From contig CM052816.1 of NCBI GenBank assembly GCA_028534125.1, positions 53,446,001-53,510,000 of the forward strand: 64,000 nucleotides of DNA, written 5' to 3'. A program made the translations under genes and the position numbers. This DNA is from Lama glama. Taxonomy: Eukaryota. Below are positions 1 through 13,544 of this stretch, one piece after another; positions within the stretch are counted from its first letter, which is position 1; every line of letters begins with the position of its first letter. The notes under the pieces are model-generated. The model worked only from the letters and a program-made list of their open reading frames with translations. It searched no databases and had not been told where the DNA came from.

Positions 1-864
1 CAAGAGTTCATTTTTCTTTCCCAAGTGCCTTGCTCCCTTCCTGAAAGTAATGTGTTCATTGAAGATTTGGCCATACCAGATCTTTACAGAGACACTGCCG
101 AGAAGTCCCACTCGTGGTGCAGTGGCGGACGAGGATGACTTTGCTGAGACGGGGCCTTAGATGTGGCCTCCTGATGGGGGAGGCGTTGGTTAAGGGGACG
201 AGAACAAGTTGCCTTGTAACAGGTGTCTGTCTGATCTGATGTAACGGATCCCTCAGGGCGCGCAGATCCTGGTCGAGCGGGGCCTGAGAAGCACGCACAG
301 TTTGGACCTGAGTGGTTTTGCGGGTGTGGGATCAGCCTCACAGTGACAGGCAGCTTGTCAGCAGTTCCCAAAACATCTGTCTCGAAGAGGGCAGTTGGAA
401 TTCTTACCGGAGAGTGTTTCCAGTCATTGTCCATGAGAAACGAGAGTGAGTGGGAGTAAGTGAAACACAGATCAAGAGGAAATGAGTCTGTGCTCCACGA
501 GGGATTACAATGCAGATGAAATGAATTCCATATTTTGGTTAGGAAATGTTTTCTTTTAGAAAAGAAAAGAGAGAGGAAAGCTTAGAGTCTGACCAAGTTA
601 CTAAAAAGCAGACTCAGGTGCAGTATAACGCCTGTCGAAACAGACCCTTCAGTTCACTGTTTTTGGTTTTGTGTCCTGTTTGTGTGTGTATGTGTGTGTA
701 ATGGCCCAGGACTTACTGGCACACTTTTCTGCCCTTGGCCCAACTTCCCCACCAAGGTGGCCTGACCTTACTGGAACGAGTCGTTTTAAAACTGCTGTCG
801 TCAGCAGAGCTGTGGATCCTCGCTGCATCTGCACAGATCGGTGACTTGAAAATTCAGACAAATA

Positions 865-1706
865 CGAGTAGCCCCTCTTATCCACAGGGACACAGTTCCA
901 AGACCTCCAGTGGATGCCTGAAATCTTGGGTGGCACCAAACCCTGTATGTCCTGTGATTTTCCCTATACACACATGCCCATGATAAAGTTTAATTTACAA
1001 ACTAGGCACAGGAAGAGATTAACAACAATAACTAATAATAAAATAGAGCAGTTATAACAATATGTTGTACAAAAAGTTACATGAGCGTAGTTTCTGTCTC
1101 GCTCAGAACATCTTATGGTACAGATTTAATGCCTTTTTCTTCTTAACTAAGCACTTGTCACGCGCTGTCTGTAAGTTTTGCAGTTTGAGGTGCGACAGCA
1201 AAACTAGCATGAATTTCTTTCTCCTTAACAATCTCAAGGATAGAAGATTCATTCTTACTGAATCTTAGCAACCTCAGTATGTGATTCTTTTTCTTTCCTT
1301 ATTAAGTCGAGAACTTTCACTTTTTCCCTTAAAGCAAGCCTTTTACGGCTTCTCTTTGGCAGATCCCTGTTTCCAGCTTCACTGCTCTCACCTCTGGGGC
1401 CACTGCTCAGCAAAATAAGGGTTACTTGAGCACAAGCACTTCGATACTGGGACGGGCACTCTGACAACCAAGACCAGGGCCACTGCTGACTAATGGGCGG
1501 GGCATGCTGGACAAGGGGCGATTCACATCCCTCCTGGGACAGAAGGGGGTGTTGCAAGATTTCATCCTGCTACTCAGAACGGCGTGTGATTTAAAACTTG
1601 TGAACTGTTTTATTTCTTGAATTTTCCATGTAGTGTTTTCAGGCCATGGTTGACCGTGGGTGACAAACCACAGGATGGGAAACTCGTGGATAAGGAGAGA
1701 CTGGTG
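865..1706 (-). mobile_element. Tigger7/MER44-type TcMar DNA transposon remnant
   Basis: Degenerate terminal inverted repeats (gagtagcccctcttatcc ... ggataaggagagactggtg), TA at left; minus-strand ORF contains a CENP-B-like transposase N-terminus (LPKRSRKRLALREKVKVLDLIRKEK). Confidence 0.85.
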
Positions 1707-3635
1707 CGATATGCATTTATCCTATTGACAGCAGTCACAGCCGAGGTTTTCCCGGCTAAGTTATGAGAAAGGGTCTATGGGTTTTGATTTGGAGACTATA
1801 TGCCCACTCTGCCCCTCTGTATAAATCTAGGAATGGGGACAGTGATTTGCTCTTTGTGCATGGTGTTCACAATGTGCTACCTCTGATGACTCCAAACCAA
1901 AGAGCTCTGTCTTACCTCCTGAGGAGTCAGCCAGCAGGTAGTTCCTGGACGCGTGCTGTGTGCACTAGATGCTGTGTGAGGATGTGGCGTTGAGCGAGGG
2001 AGAAGCATGCGGCCCCTGCCTTCATGGAGCTCCCTGTCTGCAGCTGTCCGGGAGGTGGCGCGCCCCCAGCCTGAGGACTTGGAGTGAGGGAGCTGCTCTC
2101 TGCCCGAAAGGGAACCACCCAGGGGGCTGGACAGAACTGAGGACCAGAGACTTAACAAGTCAGCCATCTCTTTCTTTTCACTACCCTGGTGCGGGTGGGT
2201 GACCAGTGGTTTTCCCGAGCCGCCCTCGGACCCCGACCCTGCTCCCAGGTCAGTGGGCTGTGGACAGCCAGCAAAGAGGGTGCTTGCAGCCCGCCCCTCC
2301 CACCTGGCCCAGGCGTGCCTCCACCTATCCAGGGCCAAGGCAGACTCCTCCTGCTGCCTCCCGAGTCACCTTCTTGGCCCTGAGTTCACATACCACAGTG
2401 CTTGTGGGCTTGCCTGATGGTCGTGACATTTTGTGCTGGTTGTCACAGTGCAGATCTCCCTGTCTCCTTTAGGCCCCCTTCTGTGTGTACCTGAAGGGGA
2501 CCTGACTGGCCAAGGAAAGGCTCTTTTTTCAGCCCCTGTATGGCCTCCCTGTGCTACCTGTGCTCTGGGGACTTGCCCGGAGGGGCCAAGGTGGGGCTGG
2601 GAAAAGAGCTGTACCTCCCCTTATCCCCCTACACCTGGGAGGCCAGGCCTGGAACTGAGAGCTGTCTCTCAGGGACAGGGCTGAGGGCACGACCATCCGG
2701 CCGCGCTCTGCCCTCTCGGAGGGCCAGTGAGAAAGGTGGGGAACTCAGAGCGCCTCGGCGGAAGCACCTGTCCAGCACCTGTCCCAGGGAGGCCTGTGGG
2801 CACACCTGCCCTCCCTGCAGGCCGGCCAGAGCTCTAGGGAGGTTCCGGAGATGCTTCCTGAGCAGGTGCAGAGTGTGCAGCCCTGTGGGGATGTGACGAG
2901 GATTCGGAACTAACGTGTGGACTGTCCAGTTGGGGAGAAACGTCGTGTTCTTAACTCACCCTGCGCTAGAAAGTGCTGTTCCTTTGGAGGAGCCTGGGCC
3001 ATTGCTGAGCCCAGGCCCCGCTCAGGTGAGGCAAATGCCTAAAGGGAAGGCTTCCTGGAAGAGATGGCATTGAGCTAGACCTTGAAGGACAGGTGGGAGG
3101 GTCACCCGTGGGCACATGTGGCAACCCTGCTGGGCTGGAGCTCCAAGCTCCCAGGACACAGAGCAGCCGCAGCAGGGAGGAGCCCAGCAGGGCGACTCCT
3201 GGATGTCCCAGGAAGCAATTCACAAGTGCCGTCTGCTGGTCGACTCCACAGAGGCACAGGAGTTTGGCAGCTCTGTGAAAGTGGGTGTGTTTGACTGTCC
3301 TGCCGGGGCCACAGCAGCATTTCCCATTCAGAAACCCGAGCCTCCCTGGGAACCCTGCTGGAGGAAGCACGCTCTAGGGGAATGAGAGGTCCCTGGTGGC
3401 AAATCAGAGCCATCACACAATGCTGGAGGATGTATTTCCGAAGGATGTGGAGGTAGTTGGACAAAAGCTTAACTACAATAGTTTTTTTTTTTAAACATCC
3501 AAAGGTCACAGACCTATTAAATTTTGTTACTGAAGGATTTTAGAATTACAAATGGCTACCCTCTTAAAGTGGAGCCTTGTCATAATTCAAATTAAAAGCA
3601 TTCTAACACTATTACTTCTATAGAAATACATTTTT

Positions 3636-3932
3636 CCTTTTTATAAATTGAAGTATAGTTGATTTGCAATGCTGTGTTAGTTTCAGATGTACAGCAAAGT
3701 GATTCAGTTATATATATGTATATATATCTATTCTTTTTCAGATTCTTTTCCATTGTAGGTTGTTACAAGATGTTAAATATAGTTCCCTGTGCTATACAGC
3801 AAGGACCTTGTTGTTTATCTATTTTATATATAGTTGTGTGTATCTGTTAATCCCAAGCTCCTAATTTATCCTCCTCGCCACTTTCCCCTTTAGTAGCCAT
3901 AATTTTGTTTTCTGTGTCTGTGAGTTTATTAC
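3636..3932 (-). mobile_element. 5'-truncated L1 (cetartiodactyl-type 3' UTR)
   Basis: Typical L1 tail ttgaagtatagttgattt...gttccctgtgctatacag; 14-bp TSD agaaatacattttt at 3622-3635 and 3933-3946. Confidence 0.88.
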
Positions 3933-6409
3933 AGAAATACATTTTTAGATGGGTATGCTGCTTTTCTTTTTCCTTTTTTTTTTTTAAGTTTAACTTAACC
4001 TCAGTGGTTCTGGTTCCTGCCCTCAGTAGGCAGGTATGTACAAGCCAATGACTACCTTCACTTAAGTAAGGTCACAGGTAGTCGGTGTCTGCTTTAATTG
4101 TTACCATTTTTCTGCGATGCAAGTCTGAACTGTAAGTTCTCTTTTGTGTGGATTTTGCAGCACAGTCTTATTTTTGAGTTTATTTTTTATGTTTCTCTCT
4201 GCTTTTGAGTGTTATTGGATCCCTGGTCACTGGAGGATCAGGATCTGTTTCAGTCACTGATTTATCAGGTGCCAGGCTGGTGACACCGCAGGAGTGTATG
4301 GTAAGGACCTCTGCCTCCTTTTCCGGGGACTTCGTGGCTGCCTCAGCCGTGAGCGCGACCCAGCATGTTCACCCCGTGGCAGTAAATGAAACGGCGGCCA
4401 CGAGCAGCAGTCGTGTTTGACGTGGGAGCTCTGTAACCCCCTTCAGTGGCTCACGCACCTAATGCCTGCGCTCGTTCAGGAGGGGCGAGAAACCGCACAG
4501 GAAGCGCCGCAAGGCCTTGGGCCTCCAGTCAGAGCGTCTGTGTTGGCTCTCAGCAAATACTTGGAAGATGCTCGCCCACTCCCTCCCCCTCCCTCTAGTT
4601 CCCCAAATCTGTCACCTCCCCACCCTCGCTACTGGCCAGCTGAGAGGTCCTGCTAGACGACTTCTTTCAAAGCAGCTGATTTAGAGTCTGTCCTGAGAGC
4701 CAGTGGGTCTGGGGTGAAGGGGCGATGGATGATAGTGAGGTAGGGCTGGGCCCCACAGGTGGTACCTTGAGCAGTTAATCCAGGGACACACTTCCTCTCC
4801 GTAGGAGGTCCGGGATTTTCTGTTCCTTTGTTCTCAGTGCTAACATTCAGGCCATTTTCCCTCGTGGAGACCTCAGGCTCTGCTCAAAAAGCCTTCCATG
4901 GTGTCCTCTGGCATTGCTAGAGGTCAGCATTGTTCCTTCACCAAAGACACAGGGAAATCCCAGACATTGGGTTTTCCCTGTTGTCAAAGGCCAGGAAGGT
5001 GGGATGTCAACCTCCCGGGTCCCCATAGCAAGGTAGTGTCTGCCTTGCAGGGCTGTGTGGTTTGTTCAGACAAGCTGATCATTGCAAATCAGTCCCAGAG
5101 AGCTGCTTCAAAAAGACCACTGTCTGCCCCACGGAGGGGGAGCCGTCATCAAGGGCTGCCGTTAAAACGGTGAATTTTGTTGCTGCTTTAACGTGCCACT
5201 TACTAGTCAAGATTGGTTACTGGGCAGCAGTGGCAGCAGGATGTTGGAATAAATGCCATGGACCACAGGTGCCAGGCATGACCCCAAACACCTCCACTTC
5301 CTCCTCATCCCCAGAAGACTATAAATGGACAGGGTGGTTCTCTCCCCAGCCGGTTCCCATGAGTAACCACCTGGCGCTCTGCATTCTTCCGGCTGTGGAT
5401 GGGAGGCCATCGCTGCTCCTAAAAAGGACGGCTAAGGCCAAGGTCTGTGGCCTGTTGAAATCAGTGACTGATATTTTAGAACCGAAAAGGGGAACTTACA
5501 TGGAAAATTGCATTAGTTTTGAAAAGACACATGTTTCTTCTATCAATTTTGCAGCGTCGGCAGATAAAATGTTGCAGCTCAGACAGTCCCTTTTTAAGGA
5601 AACAAGACGGTGACCCAGTTCAGTCCCTTTTCATTTATTTTACAGTGTGTGGTTCAAACATTACCAAAGAAAACTGGGTGAGTTCCATTTCATAGTTCAG
5701 TTAACATGAAACACGTCTCTTAGCAAATGAGGGGATGGATACTGAGGGGCATGGCATGTGTTATGTTTGTTACTTGCTTAGTGCTTTGCTGGTGCGAAAT
5801 AGATGCAAAACAAAAAATCTGTTTTTCCTGAAAGGAGGAAACTGTTGTGTATGGACATATGTGTAGGTGTGTGTACTTTTAAAAACACCTCCTATTTGCC
5901 ATGCACTGTGCTGGTGACCTTTGAGGTTTTCTGGAGAGTCCCACGGCCTATGTGAAATATGGAAAGAGCCTTAAATGCTGGACTGTGTGGTGCTCACCAT
6001 GCATTGTGGGATCAGAGAAGGGAGAGCTTTGTGTGGGTTGGAATCGAATTTTTAAATATACCTTATTAACTTCACAGGGAGGCATATGGAAATGCTAATA
6101 ACTTGAAAAAAAAAAAGCAAAACGTGTAGCTGGTTTGTGTGGAAGCTGAGAAAGGGGGGAAAGGAAAATGCCAGGCATGGCTGCGTGGGTTTAGGTCGGC
6201 CTCCGTCCATCCAGGCCCACTGACAGGCCCACATCGTCAGTCGCTGGTGTCGGCCCCCTGTTTGAACATGAGCCCCCCGGGGCTGCAACACTTCACTCCT
6301 CCACTAGGTGACAGTGCAGAGGGCAGACAGTGCATCTCTGCGGGATGGGATGGTCAAGGATGATGGGGCAGTTAACAAATCTTTGTCCAGCACCAACTGT
6401 CTGTAATGA

Positions 6410-6625
6410 TACAAATAACCACTTTTATTGAGGACATACGTAGGCGAGGCATTGCGCTAAGCACTTTGCAAGCAATCTTGTTTCCCATGGTAATTCAGTG
6501 GAATACTGAGTTAAGTGCTTCTCCTTGGTTCACAGATGAGGAAATAAGCTGGCGGGAAGAGGGGGGAGGTGTTAGTGGCTTGCCCCTCACTCTGCTGTTG
6601 AGTGGCAGAGCTCGCATGTGAACTA
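6410..6625 (-). mobile_element. MIR SINE
   Basis: tttattgag...ctaagcacttt...cagatgaggaaa...gtggcagagct resembles the MIR reverse complement. Confidence 0.65.
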
Positions 6626-7399
6626 GCTTGAAGACAGGATTGTGTGTCCTGGTGTGGGCTCGGTGCTCGGCACCAGACAGTGCAGAGGATTTACAGTGGG
6701 TGGTCGCAGACCTCAGCACCCTGTGGACCTGAAGCAGAATGGGAACTAGGTGAAGAGGCAGCTCACACTGCAGGTGCTCCTCACCCCAGTGCAGGGATCA
6801 TATGGGGAGAGGGAACCTGTGCTGTTCAGGTGCGGTTGCTTACCTTCAGAATTAGTGCAGAGAGTTGAATACAAAGGTGGGTATCATAGGCAACAGTTCT
6901 TGCTGAGTTTGGAGACATAGTCTCCATGATGGCAGGCTACCATAGACTGCATGGTAGGCAGTCACACATGCCGGAGTAAAACAGGCTGCTGTACCGCTGT
7001 ACTATAAGCTGTACTGTAAGACACTATGGAGTAGTGGAGACTGGGGCAAATTGGAGAATCCATGCCCTGCCTCAAAGAGAACAGCTACGACTTAACTCCA
7101 GTCATCTGTTGTCATGTAGACATGTAAGTCCAGTATTGCTAGGTATACTGATTTTTTTTTCCCTAAAAGAAAAGCCAGAAATCTTGAGTTTTCACATTGT
7201 CTTCCAGTCTTTGAATGTTTGCCATTAATTTCTGAAAAGTTTAATGGATCACCTGTTGTATATAAGCCTTCAGTTTTTGAAACTTTTGGAGAAGTTGGAA
7301 TAGAAATGGGGATGTAGAGGTTGGAAACCCCAAGAAAACAGACTGAGAGTAGCAAGTACATCTCACTTTGTGGATCTACATCAGGTCCAGCTTGCACCA

Positions 7400-7500
7400 G
7401 CATTTCTCAGATGTCAGTGAGCATTTGAATCACCTGGGGTCCTGTTCAAATGCGCATCCTGATTGAGAAGTTCAAGGGTGGGGGTCTGAGATTATGCACG
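7400..7500. mobile_element. MER5-type hAT fragment
   Basis: gaatcacctgggg...ttcaaatgc...gggtgggggtctgaga. Confidence 0.5.
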
Positions 7501-8464
7501 ATGAGGGGCTCTGTTGAAAAGAATTCTAAGGCAGTTATCTGGGCTTAGTGAGGAAAAGCACTGTAATAAATTAGTACTATCCACTGTGAGCAAAGCAAAG
7601 GGAAATGGCCTGCCATACTTGCCATCCCTGTAGTACAGCAAGATGATAAGATAAATTGTGTTCGTGGTCATTTCCAGGATCCCACCCAAAAGTCAGAATC
7701 TGAGAACACAGCTAGATCAGAAGCTTTGGACTCTTACATCCTCCTTGCTTATTTCTGCGCATTCCTCCATACAGGAAGAGCTTGGCTTCATCTCTCTGTC
7801 ATCTGGGAAATTGGGATTAGACTATTAAGCTTTCAACTTGGGTGGGAGAAAAGGAGAGTTAACCAACTGGCTTCCCCTTCCTCCTGCTGTATTTTGAGGA
7901 TAAAAAAAAAATATGTCTTGCAAATGTTGGTGTTCTGTTACTTCCACATGGCCTTGGCGTCCCTTCAGCATGGGGTCCGTGGTGGGAGGAAAGGGTGGGT
8001 GCTGAGGAAATTGCTTTGAGCAGAAATCATCTTGTTTCCATTCACTGAGAGCTGTTCTTGGAGCCCTCTTCGGGTCCCCTGCCTGTGTTCAGTGCCCTTG
8101 GAGTTGTATGCCAGGAAACAATATGATCTTTCTAATTGGGCAAGTGGGAGGAGAGGGACCCGGTGAGCCAGGATGGGCTGGCAGTTGACACGTAAAAATA
8201 GATCTTTTTCCTCATGAATAAATATTTTCGAGGGGCAAAATGCCTTGCACATTTCTAACTATCCCAGACAGGTCAATGGAGGAGGCCATCGGGGGGCCAG
8301 GGTGTGGCCAGGTGGGTGGATTCCAACCAGCGTGAGGTTGCCATGGCAGCGGGGCCCCTTGGAGAAAGCGTCAGTGGCCTCCAGGGAGTGGGGGCTGATG
8401 TCAGATCTGAGGCCAGAGTATATGCACGAGGTAGGGGTTGGAGGGGTGTGGGAGAAGGGTCTTG

Positions 8465-8578
8465 GAGCAGTGCTTCTTAAACTTTCAGTGCCTGTGAATG
8501 TTAAGTGCAGACTCTGCTTCAGGTCCGGCAGGCATCTGAGATTCTGCAGTTCTGCCAAGCCCTCAGGGGATGCCGGTG
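8465..8578. mobile_element. MER5-type hAT fragment
   Basis: cagtgcttcttaaactt...tgcagactctg...ctgagattctgca. Confidence 0.5.
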
Positions 8579-11500
8579 AGGGGCAGAAGGTTCAAGTCTA
8601 CTGTGATCTTCAGGGCTCTGAGGAAGGCACACAGACAGGGGGGTTACCCCCACTCTGTTTTTACCATCTTGTATTTGGCCAAAGCTAAAAAAAATCATGG
8701 CAAGTGCTTTGACAGCTGTTTCTCATCATACTGAGATGTTTCCCTCTGCCCGGTGGTGGTGGTGACACTTTAACATAACAACAAGATGATGAGTGTTGTG
8801 TATGATAATTTTGCTGGTGAAAATGCGTATGGTTCGGCAGACTCTGATTACTGGCGATGGAATGGCTAATTCTGTAAAATGCAGCTTGTGCTGGCTGATG
8901 TATAACTGAAGCTCTCTAAAATGATGGAGCAGATTTTACCATAATTTTCAGAGCAAAAGAATAGCCTAAGTTAAAGCTGGGAGATGAAAGTCAATTTGAT
9001 AATTTTAAAACTTTGATGAGAATCTAAGTACTGCTGTGGGCAGCAGTCAGGATGTGTCTGTGGTTATCCACGGACACCCCCAGCCGGGCTTGGCCGGGGA
9101 GCACACGCTAGGCCTTCCCACTTCCTGTGATGGGGCCCCAGGCCCGGGAAGGCCTCAGCTGAGCAGGTGGGGTTGGGCTGCCAGAGAGGAGCTCTGTGCG
9201 TGGATTTTCCCTCCTGGTCCCTGCACACTCATCTGGCTCTGGGCAGCTCTGCTGGGGAAGGATGCTTCTCCATCCCTCCCCCCTCCCTCTGGCCACTTTA
9301 GGGAGCATTGGGGTGATGGGACTGGATGTGAAGGGGGTCTCTGCACAGAGGGGATCGTCTTTCTCTCTGTCCCCCACCTCAGTGATGTGCTCACAGTAAG
9401 AGTTGAGTGGAAGAACCGACCCCTTGCACGTGGGGTCACGTTTCCTTTCAGAGCCGTCTTGATGAGTCCTTGGCAAAACCACCTTCTCTGGAACCCCACT
9501 CCTTTATGTCTGACCCTGTGGTATGTCCCAGGGCTCAGACGAAGCCTCATTTCCTTCCGTGGAATACAAATAATTAAAATGTAATGGGGAGCAGTCCTGG
9601 GACACTAGAAAATGGCCTTTTTTTTTCTTTTTACTCCAAAGAAGTTGATGGTTTTTCTTCCTACATTCCAGCACACTTGTTCAATTTGAAACAAAATGCC
9701 ATGAGAGCTTCTCAGTTTTCGCCATGGACTTACAGTACAGAGCGAAAAATAATATTCTAAAGTTTGAAAAGCTTACATTAAGGTGGCTGTGTGATTTTGG
9801 CAGTGTTTCCCTACGTGAACCCCCTGGGCCTTGTCCCAACCTCGGCCTCCCCTGTCATAAGTTGGCAGGACCAGTGAGTTTTGTGGAGCAGAGGAGGGCA
9901 TGTCGAAGGCCTGGCAGAGGAGGCCCTGGGGGCCAAAGCTCAGGCCCCCCAGGTTCTGCAGCTGTTTCAGTAACATGAAAAGTAGGGAAGATGGACCCCC
10001 CGTCTGGAGTTCTGCCTTTGTGTTCCTGTTTTGCCTTGAATCTGAAGGATGGCTGGGGAGAGAAACCCCAGTCACGACATGTGTGAGTCAGCGCCAGGGA
10101 CGGGTGAGGCGTGGGGACAGGGAATCACTGAGTCACAGGCGTTGCAGCTGAGTCCTACCAACTCCTTCTCCAACTGCCTCATTTGTCAGGGAGCCGCAGG
10201 GGACCTGGCAGAGCAAAGGACCCGCCCAGGGACACACAGCTGGTTGGGGACAGTGCTGGAGGAGGAGCAGATTCCTGGACTCCTAGTCCAGTGCTCCAAC
10301 GTGATTCTCAGGATCCACTGACTTCCTGCTCCTCCCTATGGCCCTGTGTACATGGTGGGGTCCAGGCCCGGGAAGCTGCCCTTGCCTGTTCTTTGGACGC
10401 CAAGAGCCCCTCTGCTTTCCCTCTAAAAGGAACTCGGGTAATATGATGCCAGGGCTCTGGTTCCAGAGAGCTCCCCCACTTGTACCTTTTGGCGACCAGT
10501 GTCATTGTCCTTCTGTCCCACGTCTCCCTCCACCATCCCGTGATGGTTTGGCCGCAGCTGCCCAGCTTCTCCCTCCGAGGATGCCGTCTGGGGTGCTGCC
10601 CAGAAAGGCTGTGTGAGAAGCGGCCCTGCGCAGACTCACAGTGGGAGCACTGGTGTCTGCACCCCGGCAGGGCTGGGACAGCTCGGGGCCCCCACTCTTC
10701 TCTTGTTCTAATAGCCTCTCTGGCATTGTTTTTCTCCCTTTCTTTCTTAGAGCCGTGGCTTACAATCTGAGGCCGTGCCCGCAGGTTTGGAAGGGAATGG
10801 TGGACCTCGGGCTTAAAAAATTTAATAAAACAGCTTTAGTTCTGAGAATGAAAAGAAACAATTTAAGGTGTTGATAAATGCTTGGCAGGGCTCTTTTCCT
10901 CTTTTCAGAGCTGATCCTGCAGATTAGGGTTTTGGCACATGGCGTATTACTTAACAGCCCATACAGGCAGGCAGAAATGTAAATGACGCTTTCTTTTCTT
11001 TTCTTCTGCTGAAAAGGGGGCTCTGACCTTGGAATATGAGCCTTTAGTTTAAGCACTGACATCTTTCCAGCCAGAGAGGGCTTTTTCCCCCTATTTCCTT
11101 TGTTCAAGGAGATTGAAAAGTTACGCTTTTACTTACCTTTCCCAGGGTGTCCCACACCTCCCACCCGACTCTCACATTTACAGACTAATACTTGCATTGT
11201 TCATTCCGATTTATTCTCATGTATAGTTGTCATACGTATTTTAAGGAATGTCACGGGGTAACACTTTGTTCATATGGTTTGAATTACTGTTGTACCTAAC
11301 GGAACAAAGCTTCATTTGTTTAAAAATATTCAATAGTTACGGTTTAATGGTCAGTACTCCCCAGTATATCTTCATATAGAGGTGTGACTCCTTTGTGGGG
11401 GAGCAAAACCAGGAATGTGAAAGATGTCTTCTCCAGTCTTGGTTTTTGAAAGGATGACTGCACTGAGGTAGACCTGAGTTAATTTTTCCTGCAGTTGAGC

Positions 11501-11956
11501 AGTGAGTCCCGAACGCCCCGAGGAAGCGCAGTTCAGTCCGCTGGCCCCTGCTGGCCAGGGTGTAAGTGGACGCGGTGAGGGAGAGAACAGGCGAGCCTCT
11601 GAAGTCAGCCGATGCGCTGCCCTGGCTACGCGGCACCAGGTCTACACGGCACGGGGTCGTTTGGCACCGCTGGCTGGCCTCTGCGTGTCGGCTTGTCAGC
11701 ACACAGCAGGGAAAGTGCTTCTCATCCACGTCTTTCCCTGATTTTTGCCTCTAATTACCTGGAAAGCCTATGAAATGGACCTCATAATAGTAAACTGACG
11801 CTAGAAACGTTTGGATGGGAACATTGGTGTTTTGGTTAATAAGACGGAAACAGAGTTTTCCGAGATATTGGTGGTACCTTTCCAGAACAACCCATTTAAA
11901 TGGTTTTTCTCATTTTGTTTTGTCTCTTTTTTTTTTTTTTTTAAGTATTCCTAGTA

Positions 11957-12132
11957 CCGTTGACCCTTCAACAGCATGGGTTTGAACTCCGCAGGTCCAC
12001 TAACTGGCAGATATTTTTTCACTAGTAAATATTACAGTACTACAAAGTCCGTGGTGGGTTGAATCTGCAAATGTGGAGGAACTGTGGATAAGTTTTAGGT
12101 CGAATAACCCCTATGTTGTTCAGGGTCAATTG
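11957..12132. mobile_element. Tigger2a/MER8-type MITE
   Basis: TIRs ccgttgacccttcaaca ... tgttgttcagggtcaattg, preceded by TA. Confidence 0.75.
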
Positions 12133-12149
12133 TCTATTGGTTGAGAACT

Positions 12150-12725
12150 GCCTTTGTCAGTTAACTGAGACCCACTGGCAGCGCTTTAAGCAAACAAAAG
12201 AGTTTTGATGTTTTCAGGTAATAAAGAATCCTGAGGTAGGCGGATCAGATGTTAGCTTCATGAAGTTGTCTGGGACCCAGGCTCCTTCTGTCTTTTTGTT
12301 CCCTGTCACTAGCACAGGAATTTTCATTCTTTAAGTCCCCACTGGAGCCTTTATGATCACATTCCCCAACCAGAGAGGAGCCAGTGTCAAAGCTGAGTCA
12401 AGTCCTTGGTTTTTTTCAGTTTTGTTTTCTTTTTTAGCTTTATCGAGGTATAATTAACAAATAAAATTGTAATGTATTTAAGGTTATGGTGTGATGATTC
12501 CATATACATTTACACTTTGAAAGGATTCTCATCATTGAGTTAATTAACATACTCATCACTTCGTATAGTTTTTGTTTTGGTGAGAGATCCAGGTCCTTTT
12601 TTTTTTTAAAAAAGCTCTTCCAGAAACCCTTACCCATTTCATCCACTTAAATCTCGTTGGCCACCCCACCTGCAAAGGAGGCTGGGAAATGTGAACTTTT
12701 TTAAGCCAGGCACATCTGCCATCTC
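12150..12725 (-). mobile_element. MLT1-type MaLR LTR interrupted by an L1 fragment
   Basis: MLT1-like segments (ggacccaggctccttctgtct; ggccaccccacctgcaaaggaggctgggaaatgtga) on both sides of the L1 piece. Confidence 0.55.
12410..12589 (-). mobile_element. Old L1 (L1MA/L1MB-like) 3' end fragment
   Basis: T-rich tail then ctttatcgaggtataattaacaaataaaattgta...ttaattaacatactcatcac; degenerate TSD caagtcctt/caggtcctt. Confidence 0.7.
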
Positions 12726-12758
12726 CCCCCACCCCCAACCCCAAGATAGAGTTTATTT

Positions 12759-13080
12759 CAGGGCCAGGAATGAAGTGAGACAAACAAAACATTCCCCTTT
12801 GGTGTAAAACATAAGGGAGTACCAAAAAACTCAGTAGTCAAGATAAATGATGTTTTAATGGGATGTTACAGTGCCATATTGGAGTCTGAGGAAAAAAGAA
12901 AAATTTGGTAAATCTGCTTCAGTCTATTTAAAATTTTGATATTTTTTTCACAGTGGATTTTTAATTTAAAATTTTTATATTATTGCTTATTAAAATATTT
13001 ATCATGATTAATCCATGTTCGGCGTCCCCTTAAATTTTGTGCTCAGGGCAAGTGCCTTACTCTCCTCACCCCAGCCCCAG
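12759..13080. mobile_element. MER96B-like palindromic hAT MITE, left arm partly deleted
   Basis: cagggcc start; aaaaaactcagtagtcaagataaat arm; central cagtgccatattggagtctgagg; inverted arm ...ccccttaaattttgtgctcagggcaagtgcc. Confidence 0.7.
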
Positions 13081-13544
13081 CCAGAGGAGAATGGATGTTG
13101 GGTAGGGACCCAATAGTCTGTGCCAAGGAAAGAGTCCCCATTGCTTTCCCAGATCCTCACCCATTGCAGATTGTGAAATGAGGAGGCTTGTGATTTGGGG
13201 GGCACTATTGGCAGGGCAGGGCTCGGGGAGTTATTCCTACCACCCAAGAACTACTCAGAAACAACCCCAGTCATCTGGGAGTAAACTTGCAGTAGCACCT
13301 TTATCTCTGCATGTAGAATTCTCAGATGGGTGCAGGTGCTGTTGGTGACCAAGGGTGAGGGTGTGTGATCAGAGTGTTGTGGCCACTCTGGGGTCTAACA
13401 GCCTGACCCAGGAGGTACAGAGGCAACAGCCATGGAGCATGGAGCTTCTGGGAGGGACCCCTGACTTAGAGCAGCTTATCAGTTGCTGGAGAACTCTGGG
13501 AAGATGATCTCACTAAAGGATGGGCCCTTATTGGGAGAGAAATT

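Noticed and set aside
1255..1557. Transposase-like ORF as a domesticated gene
   Set aside because: Short, frameshifted Tigger7 N-terminal remnant without its ATG
5062..5613. 183-aa ORF (likewise 9036-9584 and 18360-18953)
   Set aside because: Non-ATG starts, no recognisable domain, and no retrogene hallmarks such as a poly(A) tail or TSD
8780..8915. Possible C/D-box snoRNA (ATGATGA ... CTGA)
   Set aside because: No terminal stem around the boxes and no recognisable rRNA/snRNA guide; an Infernal/Rfam search would settle it
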